DNA from: Owenia fusiformis
Lineage: Eukaryota
Length of the DNA stretch: 64,000 bases
Assembly (NCBI GenBank): GCA_903813345.2
Contig: CAIIXF020000001.1
Coordinates: 29,140,001 to 29,204,000 of the forward strand
Direction of reading: 5' to 3'
Under the pieces are notes generated by a model that was given only the letters and a program-made list of their open reading frames with translations, was not told the DNA's origin and ran no database searches. Numbering within the stretch: the stretch's first letter is position 1; each line of letters starts with the position of its first letter. Position numbers and translations under genes: made by a program. Positions 1 to 11,900 of this stretch are shown here, one piece after another.

Positions 1-543
1 GAATTTGGGACGGAAAATCCAAAATGGCCACCTTAAAATTAACCCAGAATGCCCAAAAACTAATCAGTTGTTAACTTTGATACGTAGAAACATCCCTGTA
101 AATTTCGAATGAATCCGTCAAATGGTTTGGCTGGAAACCTGTAGACAAGTCTTGAAAGTGAAGATTTTAGGACGGAAAATCCAAAATGGCCACCTTAAAA
201 TTTACCCAGAATGCCAAAAAACTAATCAGTTCTTAATTTTTATACGTAGAAACATCTCTAAAAATTTAAGATGGATCCGTCAAATGGTTTGATTGGAAAC
301 CTGTAGACAAGTCTTGAAAGTGAAGATTTTAGGACGGAAAATCCAAAATGGGCACCTTAAAATTTACCCAGAATGCCCAAAAACTGATCAGTTCTTAACT
401 TTGATACGTAGAAACATTCCTGAAAATTTCAGATGAATCTGTCAAATGGTTTGGCTGGAAACCTGTAGACAAGCTGAAAAGTGAGACGCCACCCGCCAGG
501 TAAATACAATAGACTCCAGATTATCATCTTGAGTCTAATTAAA
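1..543 (-). mobile_element. Truncated HINE/Helentron-like non-autonomous element with ~162-bp tandem repeats
   Basis: GACGGAAAATCCAAAATGG recurs at 9, 171 and 333 (period 162). The array ends in a short GC repeat and a subterminal inverted repeat (TAGACTC...GAGTCTA, ~510-537) next to a T-run on the minus strand. Confidence 0.6.
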
Positions 544-764
544 ATTTAATAATACATGTATGTCAGAATAAAAATGCAAGCCATATTGAGTTTTTACCAG
601 ATTCTTCCAGTTTTTTTACTCTGTTGCAGTGATACTATTACTGCAAGAATCAAACTAATATAAGAGAAAAACAAGAAAAAAACAAGAAAGATGGCTTTAT
701 AGAATATTTACTAATCAGTTAAATGGTATTTTTATTATCATTTTGATTTTAATATCATAGTTAC

Positions 765-3700
765 CTGCCATGGTTCAGCACTATAGATTCTTCTGTAGAG
801 CACTCGGTATACAGAATGAAGTAGTTGAACTGGATCGTCTTCTACTGAAGGCACCCATGTTACGTTTACTGCATCACTGCCATTCACAATGGGCAAAACA
901 CTTTTAACCGGAGATGGTACAACTGGAAAAAGCATCGACACATGATCAAGCATTGTCACGTGATCAAACAAAATGTCAATCCAAAAATTTTCTCCTCGTA
1001 AAATTGAGTTTTAGAGCTAAAATGACATAGCACCCCCAATTAAAAGACAACGGAGGAAAGAAGAACCGATAGACAACTTGACTAGAGCAGAAAAATAACG
1101 ACAAAGGACCGTACTAACCTGAATCTGGCCTCGGAAGTGTAGAAATTTTGAACAAAAGAAAACCCCGCCAAATTACGACATCGGATATGGCTTCAAAAGA
1201 TTCTCCAAGAGTAAGACATTCAAGTGTAAATCTTCTAGGGAATATTGTTCTTAGTGATCTTGGAATCGCAAAAGATAGTGAAAAGGGATCGGATTCAGAG
1301 ATTGAAAATGAAATGTCGCAAAATATTGCCGAAAAGGTACCTGCAGAAAATGAGTCCACTTCCGGTGAAAGAAAAAATACACGTTCGTCGACGAAAGCTG
1401 CAAAAAACAACAAGGTAAAGGTAAAAAAAGACACCAAGAGGAAAGACAAAGGTGACGGAGAGGGAGTTGGCAAGGTAATTATTGACTATCCATGTGAATT
1501 CTGTAAAAAACCACCCGCAGAAATCCAGTGTGAGCGTTGTTTGAAATGGGCTTGTATCACATGCCAAGACCTGTCCCTAAATCTGATTGGAATTCTTCAA
1601 AAGCACAAAAATATTCATTGGTACTGTAAACAATGTAGTCCCATTGTAGATCAGTCAGTTCAAGCATCAAGATCGGCAAGACCAAAAACAAATGACTCAA
1701 ATTTAACTGATCCCCTTGTTGAGACACAATTACAGCAAATATCAACAGTTCTCGGAGAAATAACAACAAAATTAGCCGACATACAGGGGAAGCAGGATAA
1801 GGTATCACCCCAAAACAATTCCGAGAAAAGCAATTCCACTCAAAGTAATACTGAATCAGAACATGTGCCCCCTCAGCCAGCCAATACAAATGTAACAGCA
1901 TCACTGCGTGAATATGCTGAAAGGGAAAAACGCAAAAACAATCTAGTCATATTTAATATTCCAGAAAGTAAAGCCAGCACACCACGTCAAAGATTGTTGG
2001 ATGATACAAAGAAAGCAGATGACCTTATCGCGGATGGACTTGAATTAGAAGTCGAGCTTGAGAAATCATTCCGTCTAGGAAAACCAGCCCCGAACAAAAC
2101 TCGACCACTGCTAGTAGTCACTAAAGAAACAAGGGATAAGTATGAAATCCTACGTAATGCCAAATCGTTGAGGAATAAAGGGGACAACTACAGAGACATA
2201 TACATTAAGCCTGATATGACACCCCTTGAAAGAGATGATTCACGTCGACTGCTTGAGGAACTGAGAAGTCTACCTAATAATGGAAAAGACTATATCATAA
2301 AGAAGGGAGTTATAATCCCCAGGAACACAACTGCACAAGCCAGGCCCCGTGGAAATACTTCATCTAATGAAGCTAAGAAGAGCGGAGGACAGGAAACGAC
2401 AATTAATGAACAGCCTACCCCAGCACCAGAAATCAACAAACTGCCAAAACAGCCGCCTCTTTTGATTGTAACGCAGGAGGGTGATTCGGGGGACGAGGAC
2501 GAGTAACCCCTAGACAAAACAGTAATGTAAATATTGTAAATAGTGTAAATAAACTGAAAGTGATATATACAAACATTGACAGTCTTCCGAATAAAAAAGA
2601 TGAACTCGAATTGTTAGTCCATAATATGAAGCCAGATGTAATCGGAGTTGTTGAAGTTAATGTTAAAAGAAAAGACTATGAATTATCTGAAGCACAAATT
2701 TCTCTCCAAGGGTATACCCCCTTCACTAACAACCTGCAAGAAAATACTAGAGGTGTGATAGTTTATGTTAAGGAGAACTTAAAATGTCATCAACTTGAAA
2801 CAGACCATAACGTCAAGGAATCAGTATGGCTGAATATGAGTTGTGGAAAGGACAATGCAATAATTGGCTGTATATATAGAAGCCCAACAAGCGAGGAAAC
2901 AAACTCAGAAGCCCTATTTGACCAGATAAAAAACAATTGTGACAAAAAACCAACGCATTTACTTATTATGGGGGACTTCAATCTTCCAGGAATAAACTGG
3001 GAACTAAATTGTACAACTCCAGGATGCCCTGACAGAAGAATTGCTGATGTATTCACTGAACTTGTAGATGATACCTTCCTCTACCAGCATGTAAGTGAGC
3101 CAACGCGGGGTGATAATATCCTTGATCTAGTACTGTCAAATGAAATGGACATGGTTTCAGATCTGGAGATACAGGCAGGAATAGGGAAAAGTGATCATCA
3201 AGTAATAAGTTTTGTCCTTCATTACCAGGCTGAGTTTACAGTACAAGAACGATTAATCCCCCTACTGAACCAGGCCAATTATGAAAAGATGAAGGAAGAA
3301 CTGAGCATCGACTGGGACAGTGAATTTAAAGACAAGGATATTGATGAATGCTGGGACATGTTCAAAAGAAGAATGGACGAAAGTTATAGTAAAAATGTCC
3401 CACAAGTCAAGGCTAGAAAAACAGCAAAAGCATGGATGGATAAGAGATGTTTAGCACAAATCAAACGAAAACATGGTGCATGGAAGAGGTACCAAAGAAC
3501 GAAGAAGGGAGAGGAATACCAGCAATACGTTAAGGAGAGAAACCAGGCTAAAAATGAGGTAACTAGAGCTATCAAGGAATTTGAAAGGAATATTGCAAAA
3601 TCAGCAAAATCCCAACCAAGGAAATTTTGGGGGTACAGCAACAGCAAAATGAAAACAAGGAGTGGAATACCCCAGCTCAACAGAGAGGATGGCACAACAA

Positions 3701-6700
3701 CAACTAGTGACTTAGATAAAGCAGAAGAGCTGAATAGATTCTTCTCTAGCGTCTTTACCAAGGAGAACAAGGATAACATACCAACAGGTCACTATATCAG
3801 AATAACAAGTTACATCGAGGCCTGGACTTTCACAGAAGATGAAGTAATGAAAAAGCTGGAGCTTCTAAGAACAAACAAGTCACCCGGGCCAGACAAGATA
3901 AAACCCCGCATATTAAAGGAACTCAGGTGTACCATATGCAGACCTCTATACCTCCTATTCAAGATGTCAACAAACTCTGGAACGCTGCCTCAAGATTGGA
4001 AACAAGCTAATATTTCACCGATATTTAAAAAAGGGAAGAAAAACCTATCTACCAACTACAGGCCAGTAAGTTTAACGTCCATAGTATGTAAGATACTCGA
4101 ATCCATTATTAGAGAAAGGATCCTGTCACACTTATCAGAAAACAACCTTTTGACGCAATGCCAGCATGGCTTCCTACCGTGTCGATCATGTGTAACCAAT
4201 CTCTTGACGACTCTTGAAAAATGGACTGAAGTTCTCGATAGTGGTAGCAATATAGACGCAATTTACCTAGACTTTAAGAAAGCATTTGACAAAGTCCCCC
4301 ACGAGCGTCTTATAAAGAAAATTGAAAATCTTGGAATTATGGGTAATGCCCTCCAGTGGTTGAAATCCTTCCTCGGAGCAAATACAGGAAATGACCAATT
4401 CGACCCCGCGAATCGAGCCTCAACAGACAATGCTGAGAGTGGAAATTCACAATTAAGGAAACAACGAGTAATAATCAATGGAGAAGCATCGTCATGGAAA
4501 GATGTCACTTCTGGAATCCCGCAGGGAACCGTTTTAGGACCGGTAATGTTTCTCGTATTTGTAAATGACATACCCCAGACTGTTAACAGCCCTCTGATAA
4601 TGTTTGCAGACGATACAAAACTGTACCGGGAAGTGAACACCACGGATGACTGTGACGAGCTACAGGAAGACATCCAATCCCTAATGAATTGGACAAATGA
4701 TTGGCAACTTCAATTTAACAGTGAAAAATGCAAGGTCCTAAGAATTGGTAAATCTTCTCCAGACTACAGTTACACTATGGGTAATACAGTTCTCCAGGAA
4801 TCAGAATGTGAAAAAGACTTGGGAATGATGGTGGCGAATGACTTAAAGAACAAAACACACATACTGATGGTGGTAAAAAAGGCCAACCAAATTCTTGGTC
4901 TTATCCGAAGAACTTTCCAGTTTTTGGATCCTTCAAATATGATGATGTTATATAAGGCTATGGTCAGGCCACACTTGGAATATGCAAACACTGTATGGTC
5001 ACCATACTTAATACAGGATATTGAAGCTATTGAAGCAGTCCAGAGGAGAGCTACGAGATGCATACCAGGATTCCAAGATAAAGAGTACTCCCAAAGACTT
5101 ATGGACCTAAAGTTACCATCACTTGTGTTCAGGCGCTTAAGAGGGGATATGCTTGAAACTTGGAAAATCCTCAATGAAAAATATGACATTCCAATTAGCA
5201 ATATTCTACCTCTATCACATAACATAGGAAGGACCAGAGGCAACAATAAGAGAATCTTGAAAAAACAAAACAGATTGATTTTAAGACAAGGATTCTTTAC
5301 CCAAAGGGTAGTAAACTCTTGGAATTCCCTCCCCCAAGAAGTAGTGGAAGCTGATGACCTGAATCACTTTAAGAGTAAGCTTGACAGACTATGGAGCGAC
5401 CACCCAGCCAAATACAACTATAGAGCCTTGAAGTAGACACAAGTCAATTAATTGGGGTCAATGCTAAACAATTATGCTCATTTTATCTAAAGAACGGCCA
5501 AAGGTCAAGACGACCTAAGCAGTGAAAACTATAACTATAACTATAACTAAAAATCTGCATTTTTCTACATGATATCACGGACCTGGAGGACCTTAAAGTC
5601 CGTGATGATATGTATTAATATGAATACGAAAAGTGCATTAACATTTTTCACAAGTCTCAAAACAGAAACCTCTCTCTTTAAATTCCTTCTAGTACTCATG
5701 ATAATAAGAATGACAGGAATTTCAACATGTTGGTCAACAACTCGACATACAATACTCCAACGATTAAATAAAGATGGCAACACAAGCAAAACAAATCCCT
5801 CCAAATCAAAAAGCCAATTTCATAGATTGATCACAAATTCACGTTCTTTTCTTTTACTTGTTGTTTGTTTTATTGTTATTTTTCTTCTTTCCTTGTTTTC
5901 TGAACAGTTCATTTTTATAACATCAACTTTTTTGTCTCCTCAGAAAACATACTGTAAGACTGTAAGAGCAGATATGTAATACTCACCGTTATTATCAACA
6001 TCAATTTTGTGAAATGACTTCTCAGTACCAAATATATTGGAGTTCTCAATGAACAAATACAAATATCGTTGTGATGCTATTATCCTTGAGAAATGACAGT
6101 GGTTCTTAGTACAAGTACAGGACGCACTGGTCACATCTCTAGATACATCACTAGCTACATTGCTGCTTACTTGGCAGTTAAATATTCTCGACCCATAACT
6201 GAAACAAATAGCAACATTTATCATAAAGTCATTATACTATTCTGAAATGTCCTTCTGAAATGACATCTCTGTTTTGTTAATATCTGTAAATTAATTTTAT
6301 ACGTATTAGTGTACCTTTATATGCAGATAATGCATGTGATGTAATTGTGGATTATGAAAAGATGAATGACATATTAACTAACATATGGTAATGTTCTCCG
6401 TTATAATTTATGACTTGTGAGTGTTGCTTGAACTAAAGGTAAGAGACTTTAATATTGAAATAAACTTACATCCAACTGTAAGCTACATTAGTTGATGTAT
6501 GTACTAAAGTAGTATTCTTTTGTACAGGTTCCCAATAGATATCTCCAGAGTTCCAGTAATTGAACCTCGCAGTTAAATTTCTTGATTTCTCTGGCTTTCC
6601 TGCAAAAGCAAAGCATGTGATGTTCAAAAATTTGTTCACAGGAATTCCTTTGAGACTTCAACATGTTCAATGGGCCTCAGTCTCATTTAAATGTCAATGT

Positions 6701-8619
6701 AAACATTACAGGCAGACAAAAATTTGGCTTCTTTGAAGAGAGCTTTATTTACATCTACTGTAGTTATGCTGTCAAATATACAACGCCAGACACTAAGGGT
6801 ATACATAATAACAAGGGGTTTAAATGGAGTCATTCAAAAAAATCAATGGAATAGTGGTTATATGATGTCAAAGTAACATTAAAAGGTCAAGGTCAACAGA
6901 AAATTAAAAGAAAGAATCTATGAATAATCTCATTTCATCTAAGAATTAGAACAAAATTGTCATACTTCCTATTGTAGCCACCTGTGATCCAATCAGTCTT
7001 GGTTTCATTTTTTCCCCACTCATGGTTTGGTTCAGGTAACAATAAAATGGGTACCTCCCAGCGTATTGTCCTGTCATATTCTCTTTGTATGTCATTATAG
7101 TTGGAGACAGGATTTTGTAGAATTTTGATGAGATTACTTTGGAGCCAGCTTGGAAATAGAGGTGGCTTGAGTTGAAGGGGGCAACATCCCCTGTCAATGT
7201 ACAGTTTAGTTCAATATAATTTCTAAGCTCAACTCGAGGATTCACTGGGCTCATTTCTGAAATCAAAAATGATTCATGGTTGCATGTTAGACTTCTAACC
7301 CATGGGGCATAAGCAATTTACCATACATGTACATGTATTTCATTAAAAAGGAACAAAATCTGATATTAGAGTTATCACCATGATCACAGTGGGTAACAAT
7401 GACACATTGAGGATCTACCCAGTGCGTACTTTTAAAAATTCCAAAATTGCTGTAACATATCAGTATAATATGGATGAAATGTAAATATACCTCGGAAAAT
7501 TCAAAAGAAAAATGGAATACATATGACAGAATATGTCACACAAATATGAATTTTTTCTGATTATTTTCAAGCAAAAATATTTAAGGAGAAGAACATCAAA
7601 AATATTTTGTTTTAAGATTTTTTGGGGACCAAGTAAAAATATTGAATTCTTTCAAAATTAATATTTATGGTACATACATGTATACATACCATGATTAACT
7701 ATAGAGATGGGAGAAATACTACTTCTTTTTTTAACCCAATATATTATATTTTTGATTATCATTAACTACATGTAAGTCAAATATGGTTTTAGTTTGAGTG
7801 TAAAGAGGTTTAGTCAATTGGTGAATGTTTATTTCGATTACGAAAATACCATTTTGACGTTATATTTAACAAGTGGTGGCCATTATCAAATACACTTGAC
7901 CTGTACCCATATATGGCTTTCTTTATTAGTACAGTATTAATTATTAATACTTGACAGTCATTTTGTTTTGAAACTAAGTGAGCCTACTATGAACAATTAT
8001 CGTACGATCTGTACAATGAAGCCTTCTGATTGGTCAGTTCTTGTGCTGTACCAATCTGTATTGCTACTGAAATTGTCCCCATTGATCATCTCCGTCGCAA
8101 TACAGAAAATATTGGTACGGAGGGGACATTCTCAGTAGCAATACAGAGGATCAAATGATAAAAATGTTTTAGAATGATTTGAAGTGCAATACAGGATATT
8201 CTGCTCTCGATATTCTGTATTGGCACTCGACTTCGTCTTGTTCCAATACAGATTTCTCAAGCAGAATATATCCTGTATTGCACTTCAAATCATTCAATAA
8301 CTTATAATATTGAGCCATATCTGTTTATTGGGACTGTATTGAGCCACTCTATGGATATTTTAAAAGAGACATTTATTATGGATATACAATGAGCGTATAC
8401 TGTATACCCTGTATATTGCAAATAGATAACTTTAAATGAGACATTAAAAGATAAGTGGGAGACTCCATGATGTACAAGCAAATTGATGTAAGAAATTCAT
8501 AAATATAAGAACTAGATAAAAATGTACTTACCACCAGGAGTTGCTATAAAGAATCCTCGTACAGGTTTAGCAGGTATGACCAAACACAACCCAAATAACA
8601 TAATCCAAGAGATGGTCAT
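765..8619 (-). CDS. Class I cytokine receptor, gp130/Domeless-like (paralog A), N-terminal part; continues beyond left window edge
   Basis: GT-AG exons with consistent phases: 8619-8532 (signal peptide MTISWIMLFGLCLVIPAKPVRGFFIATPG), 7256-6966 (Ig-like, IELNCTL...FYCYL), 6599-6470, 6198-5987, 922-765 (FN3: VVPSPVK...VNVTW...YRVLYR...PWQ). Exon order and phases match the plus-strand receptor at 50154+, apart from one extra intron there. Confidence 0.8.
1187..2506 (+). CDS. CR1 ORF1 protein (PHD finger, coiled coil, RRM-like region)
   Basis: First ATG at 1187. PHD-like C-x2-C...C-x2-C...C-x2-C...WYC-x2-C; motifs REKRKNNLVIFNIPE, FRLGK...RPLLV, IYIKPDMT typical of CR1/L2 ORF1. Confidence 0.85.
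   Translation: MASKDSPRVRHSSVNLLGNIVLSDLGIAKDSEKGSDSEIENEMSQNIAEKVPAENESTSGERKNTRSSTKAAKNNKVKVKKDTKRKDKGDGEGVGKVIIDYPCEFCKKPPAEIQCERCLKWACITCQDLSLNLIGILQKHKNIHWYCKQCSPIVDQSVQASRSARPKTNDSNLTDPLVETQLQQISTVLGEITTKLADIQGKQDKVSPQNNSEKSNSTQSNTESEHVPPQPANTNVTASLREYAEREKRKNNLVIFNIPESKASTPRQRLLDDTKKADDLIADGLELEVELEKSFRLGKPAPNKTRPLLVVTKETRDKYEILRNAKSLRNKGDNYRDIYIKPDMTPLERDDSRRLLEELRSLPNNGKDYIIKKGVIIPRNTTAQARPRGNTSSNEAKKSGGQETTINEQPTPAPEINKLPKQPPLLIVTQEGDSGDEDE
2560..5436 (+). CDS. CR1 ORF2: AP-endonuclease + reverse transcriptase
   Basis: YTNIDSL, IYRSP, MGDFN, LDLV, SDH (APE); NYRPVSLTS, QHGF, LDFKKAFDKVPH, GIPQGTVLGP, FADDTK (RT); CR1-type C-terminus RPHLEYA...WSPY...VVNSWNSLP. Confidence 0.95.
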   Translation: MIYTNIDSLPNKKDELELLVHNMKPDVIGVVEVNVKRKDYELSEAQISLQGYTPFTNNLQENTRGVIVYVKENLKCHQLETDHNVKESVWLNMSCGKDNAIIGCIYRSPTSEETNSEALFDQIKNNCDKKPTHLLIMGDFNLPGINWELNCTTPGCPDRRIADVFTELVDDTFLYQHVSEPTRGDNILDLVLSNEMDMVSDLEIQAGIGKSDHQVISFVLHYQAEFTVQERLIPLLNQANYEKMKEELSIDWDSEFKDKDIDECWDMFKRRMDESYSKNVPQVKARKTAKAWMDKRCLAQIKRKHGAWKRYQRTKKGEEYQQYVKERNQAKNEVTRAIKEFERNIAKSAKSQPRKFWGYSNSKMKTRSGIPQLNREDGTTTTSDLDKAEELNRFFSSVFTKENKDNIPTGHYIRITSYIEAWTFTEDEVMKKLELLRTNKSPGPDKIKPRILKELRCTICRPLYLLFKMSTNSGTLPQDWKQANISPIFKKGKKNLSTNYRPVSLTSIVCKILESIIRERILSHLSENNLLTQCQHGFLPCRSCVTNLLTTLEKWTEVLDSGSNIDAIYLDFKKAFDKVPHERLIKKIENLGIMGNALQWLKSFLGANTGNDQFDPANRASTDNAESGNSQLRKQRVIINGEASSWKDVTSGIPQGTVLGPVMFLVFVNDIPQTVNSPLIMFADDTKLYREVNTTDDCDELQEDIQSLMNWTNDWQLQFNSEKCKVLRIGKSSPDYSYTMGNTVLQESECEKDLGMMVANDLKNKTHILMVVKKANQILGLIRRTFQFLDPSNMMMLYKAMVRPHLEYANTVWSPYLIQDIEAIEAVQRRATRCIPGFQDKEYSQRLMDLKLPSLVFRRLRGDMLETWKILNEKYDIPISNILPLSHNIGRTRGNNKRILKKQNRLILRQGFFTQRVVNSWNSLPQEVVEADDLNHFKSKLDRLWSDHPAKYNYRALK
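8055..8296. repeat. Double-hairpin (palindromic) non-autonomous element
   Basis: Two adjacent long inverted repeats: CTGTATTGCTACTGA...TCAGTAGCAATACAG (~8056-8146) and GAATGATTTGAAGTGCAATACAGGATAT...ATATCCTGTATTGCACTTCAAATCATTC (~8172-8296). Confidence 0.7.
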
Positions 8620-8931
8620 GGTTAATATACATGTACCTCCACCAAACAGTCTAAAAAAATACAGTCTTATTGAATAAAATACAATGATTATAATGAACAA
8701 AATAATATATTGTATATGTGGAAGTTTGTTTATGTTTGCCTTCAGTATTTACACTATCTTAACTGAACTATCACTAAATGAGAGGTGTGATAGATATGCA
8801 CATATGCCTTATCTAAACATTTTAGTAATATTTTTGAAATAAAAATAAAACATACCTTGTACCTTGTCTTTATTTTGGCCCAACTAAAACATAAACCTAC
8901 AACACTTCTATTTTATTTTCCCAATTTTGAA

Positions 8932-8954
8932 TTCCCAGAAGTGACTTCCAAGAA
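8932..8954. promoter_or_regulatory. Tandem GAS/STAT-consensus sites upstream of receptor paralog A
   Basis: TTCCCAGAA (8932-8940) and TTCCAAGAA (8946-8954), 5 bp apart, just upstream of a candidate non-coding exon donor (AAG|GTATG at 8856/8855). Confidence 0.45.
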
Positions 8955-11900
8955 CTGTGTGACACTGCCAAGTCAGCATTCATTCATTCAAAAATTAAAT
9001 GCATCGACTTTTACACTCCTTTAAGTATTCATTGGTTTGAATAGGGAATAGTTATGAGGAACTATTAGTATTTTTCGATCTAATTCAAAACAAAAACAGT
9101 TTCATTCCTCTAAATTCCAGTTCAAATCTAATGTCCACTTCACATTTCTTCCTGAAACATGATATAAGTGCAATTTGCAGTAGTGTATTAAATAGAAGAT
9201 TCATGTAGTACTAGTAAAAAAAAATATAAGGACTTCCTGAATTTTGCCCAGTTGAAGAACATAACAGAAATAGAGTAATTCCTATCAATTCAGAGAACTA
9301 TTGTTATCTGACTCAGTTTTTTTAAATTGTTATCTCAAAATATATTACAACACCTGCACTGAAAATACACACTTATTAACACTTAATGGCACTTGTGCTT
9401 GCATATTTATTTCATGACTTCATTTTTAAGTACATTGTCTCATATAAAATGCATGTATGTGGCCTTGCCCCGTTATTCATAATAATTCATATTTACTCAA
9501 TTAATAAACAAGTTATAACGATACATAAACTGAGGGATTCAGAGTTTGTAAAGCTAGACTGGGAATCCTTTTGATCAAGTCTGTTCCCAGGGTAGTACTA
9601 GTTTAGAAGGCTTATATGACTTGATCATTACCAACCCTGGTCCAGGATGAATAACAAGTTTGCACTTAGTTATCAATAGAGCTGATAATAATACTAATAA
9701 CAACCTCATTTCAGCCCTTCTGCCCTTGGGCCAAGATTTCCCTCTGCTGCCCTTTGAAATGAGGTTACTGATACATCAAGCCATATAAAAAGTGAGCTGA
9801 CCCAAGGATACTCAATAGGCTTTATATACAGTGAATCCCAGGGGCAGCTGATAACATAAACATATAATATCTTAGTAATAATATCTGTAATTCAGTGGTG
9901 TAACATAATATCATCATGTAATTACTCTTAACCAATCTGATTAATTTATATATCATGCCTATAATGAACAAAATGTGTAGAAGGGAATGTATGATTTTTT
10001 GCAAGAAAATTCAACAAAAACATTTCTGAAGAAAGTTTACAAATAAATTGCTGAATGAATAAGCTCACAGCTTGGTAAAATGTGGTAAGCCTTTCATGAA
10101 TTTTTTTAACTACAGTTCTTAAGTATGAGATCTATTGAAAATATCACCAGTATACAATGGCAATTCCCTATACACATTTTGCCCATTTTACGGATGTGTA
10201 TATGGTGAAAGTGATTATAAATACATATTGTAATGGGGTGTGGCATAGTATGGAATATAAGGGATAAAAATATGAAACAAGGCACTACCTGCCATTTGTT
10301 ACAGATGCCGAACCCCATCCACAAAAAAGTTGGAGACTTAACATAACGAGCGATCAAAAAGTTACAGAATATTGAGAAAGAAAAAGATATCAAATTATGG
10401 AATATTATACATTGTCTTAAAATAAGGAATATTGAATATGTTACAATCCATGCCACACCCCACTACACTTTTAATACTGATTTTCTCTTCAGTGTTATAT
10501 AAACACGCTTGATGACCTTGAGGACTTTCAACAAATGGAATAAAATACAGTGGTTTCAGTTATATACATTAACATATAAAATTTGTTTCACAGACTTCCT
10601 GTTCATGGACAATATATCAAAATCTACTTCATATTTTGAATTTGATTCACAATATCTTCAAAGAAACTTATGGACAGAGGAAGTGCAGAGCAGCCCTCCA
10701 CCAGCAATTTGCCATCTATACAAGTCCATATTTTCATTATTGCCCATATCCATTTCAATATCACATGCATGGACGTAGCGCTATATTTCTAAGTAGTACT
10801 CCAGCACGGGAACAAGAGTTGAGTGAAGCAAAAACGAAGAAAATTTGGAAATTTGGTTGTATTTGGAGCGAATTTGCAACCATCTGGTACGCCTGTGTGT
10901 ACCCAGCATACTGGGCGCTACGCCTATGACATGTTTCCATTTTTATTTAATATCACTGCATAATAAAAATACTGGAAGTCAGCTTTCATATAAAATAAAA
11001 ATCAAACATTGAATAAAAGTCAGAATAGGAAAAAAATGTCAAAACAGTATATTAGGCCTAGGGCACCAATCATGTGATTCATATTTTGATATATGTGTTA
11101 TTTGACGTCATAGAATCAGTGGGATTGGCTTCCTGGTTCCTCTGAAATACAAGTAAGAAGAGTTGTCTGCCTATTTTCAAAAATACAGTAATACTCTTTG
11201 CGCAATAAATTACCAAACAAACAACAAAAATTGGCTGAGATAAAGGTATATAAGTGTAGAAGTGGGTTTGTGTTTATTCAGATTTTGTCAACACAAATTT
11301 AAGACAACATAAAAGATTTGGCACAGATAAGATATGGTAAACAACCTGAGCAAAGAACAAGTATGATGAGTTTAGTATTCCTGAAAATAACATGGGACAC
11401 CAATAGGATAGTTTCTAAATAGCAGAAAAAACAATGAAATCTAGTGCTGCCATCTTTTATTCAGCTTTTAATTTGGGCTAGAGTTCCATTCACTAACATG
11501 CTGAATTATTGGAAAAGTGGCTTAATTTCATGATTTATCAAAGAGTGTTAGTTGAATCTGTATAAAACTTGAATGATATACCACATGATGACCCTGTTTA
11601 TGTACATATTGTGATTAAACATGCAAATGTTGGTTGACATACAAATAATCCAAGGTTTTAAAAATTGTCATAGAAAATTATTCAAATTATATAACTGTGT
11701 AAATCAAAGCTATTATACGAGAAAACATTTCACTAAATTCAAATATGCCATTTAAAAGAAGGTAATGGAAGTCATTAGAGGTTTAATATGCAAATCTCTT
11801 AAAATCTCACGAAAAACGAGGTTTAGCGAGATTTCAAAAGCTATATGGAAACTATACTATTAAGAAGCCATTAAAGCTTGTAATCATACAAAATAACCTT

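Larger units (their letters stand above)
945..5550 (+). mobile_element. Full-length CR1-clade non-LTR retrotransposon (LINE), antisense within intron 923-5986 of receptor paralog A
   Basis: Two intact ORFs (PHD-type ORF1; APE endonuclease + RT ORF2), short 3'UTR ending in an (ACTATA)n tail at 5528-5550. 5' boundary is approximate and no convincing TSD was seen. Confidence 0.9.

Noticed and set aside
1114-5246. Antisense ORFs over the LINE (and similarly over gag/pol)
   Set aside because: Short opposite-strand shadows of long coding frames with no motifs.
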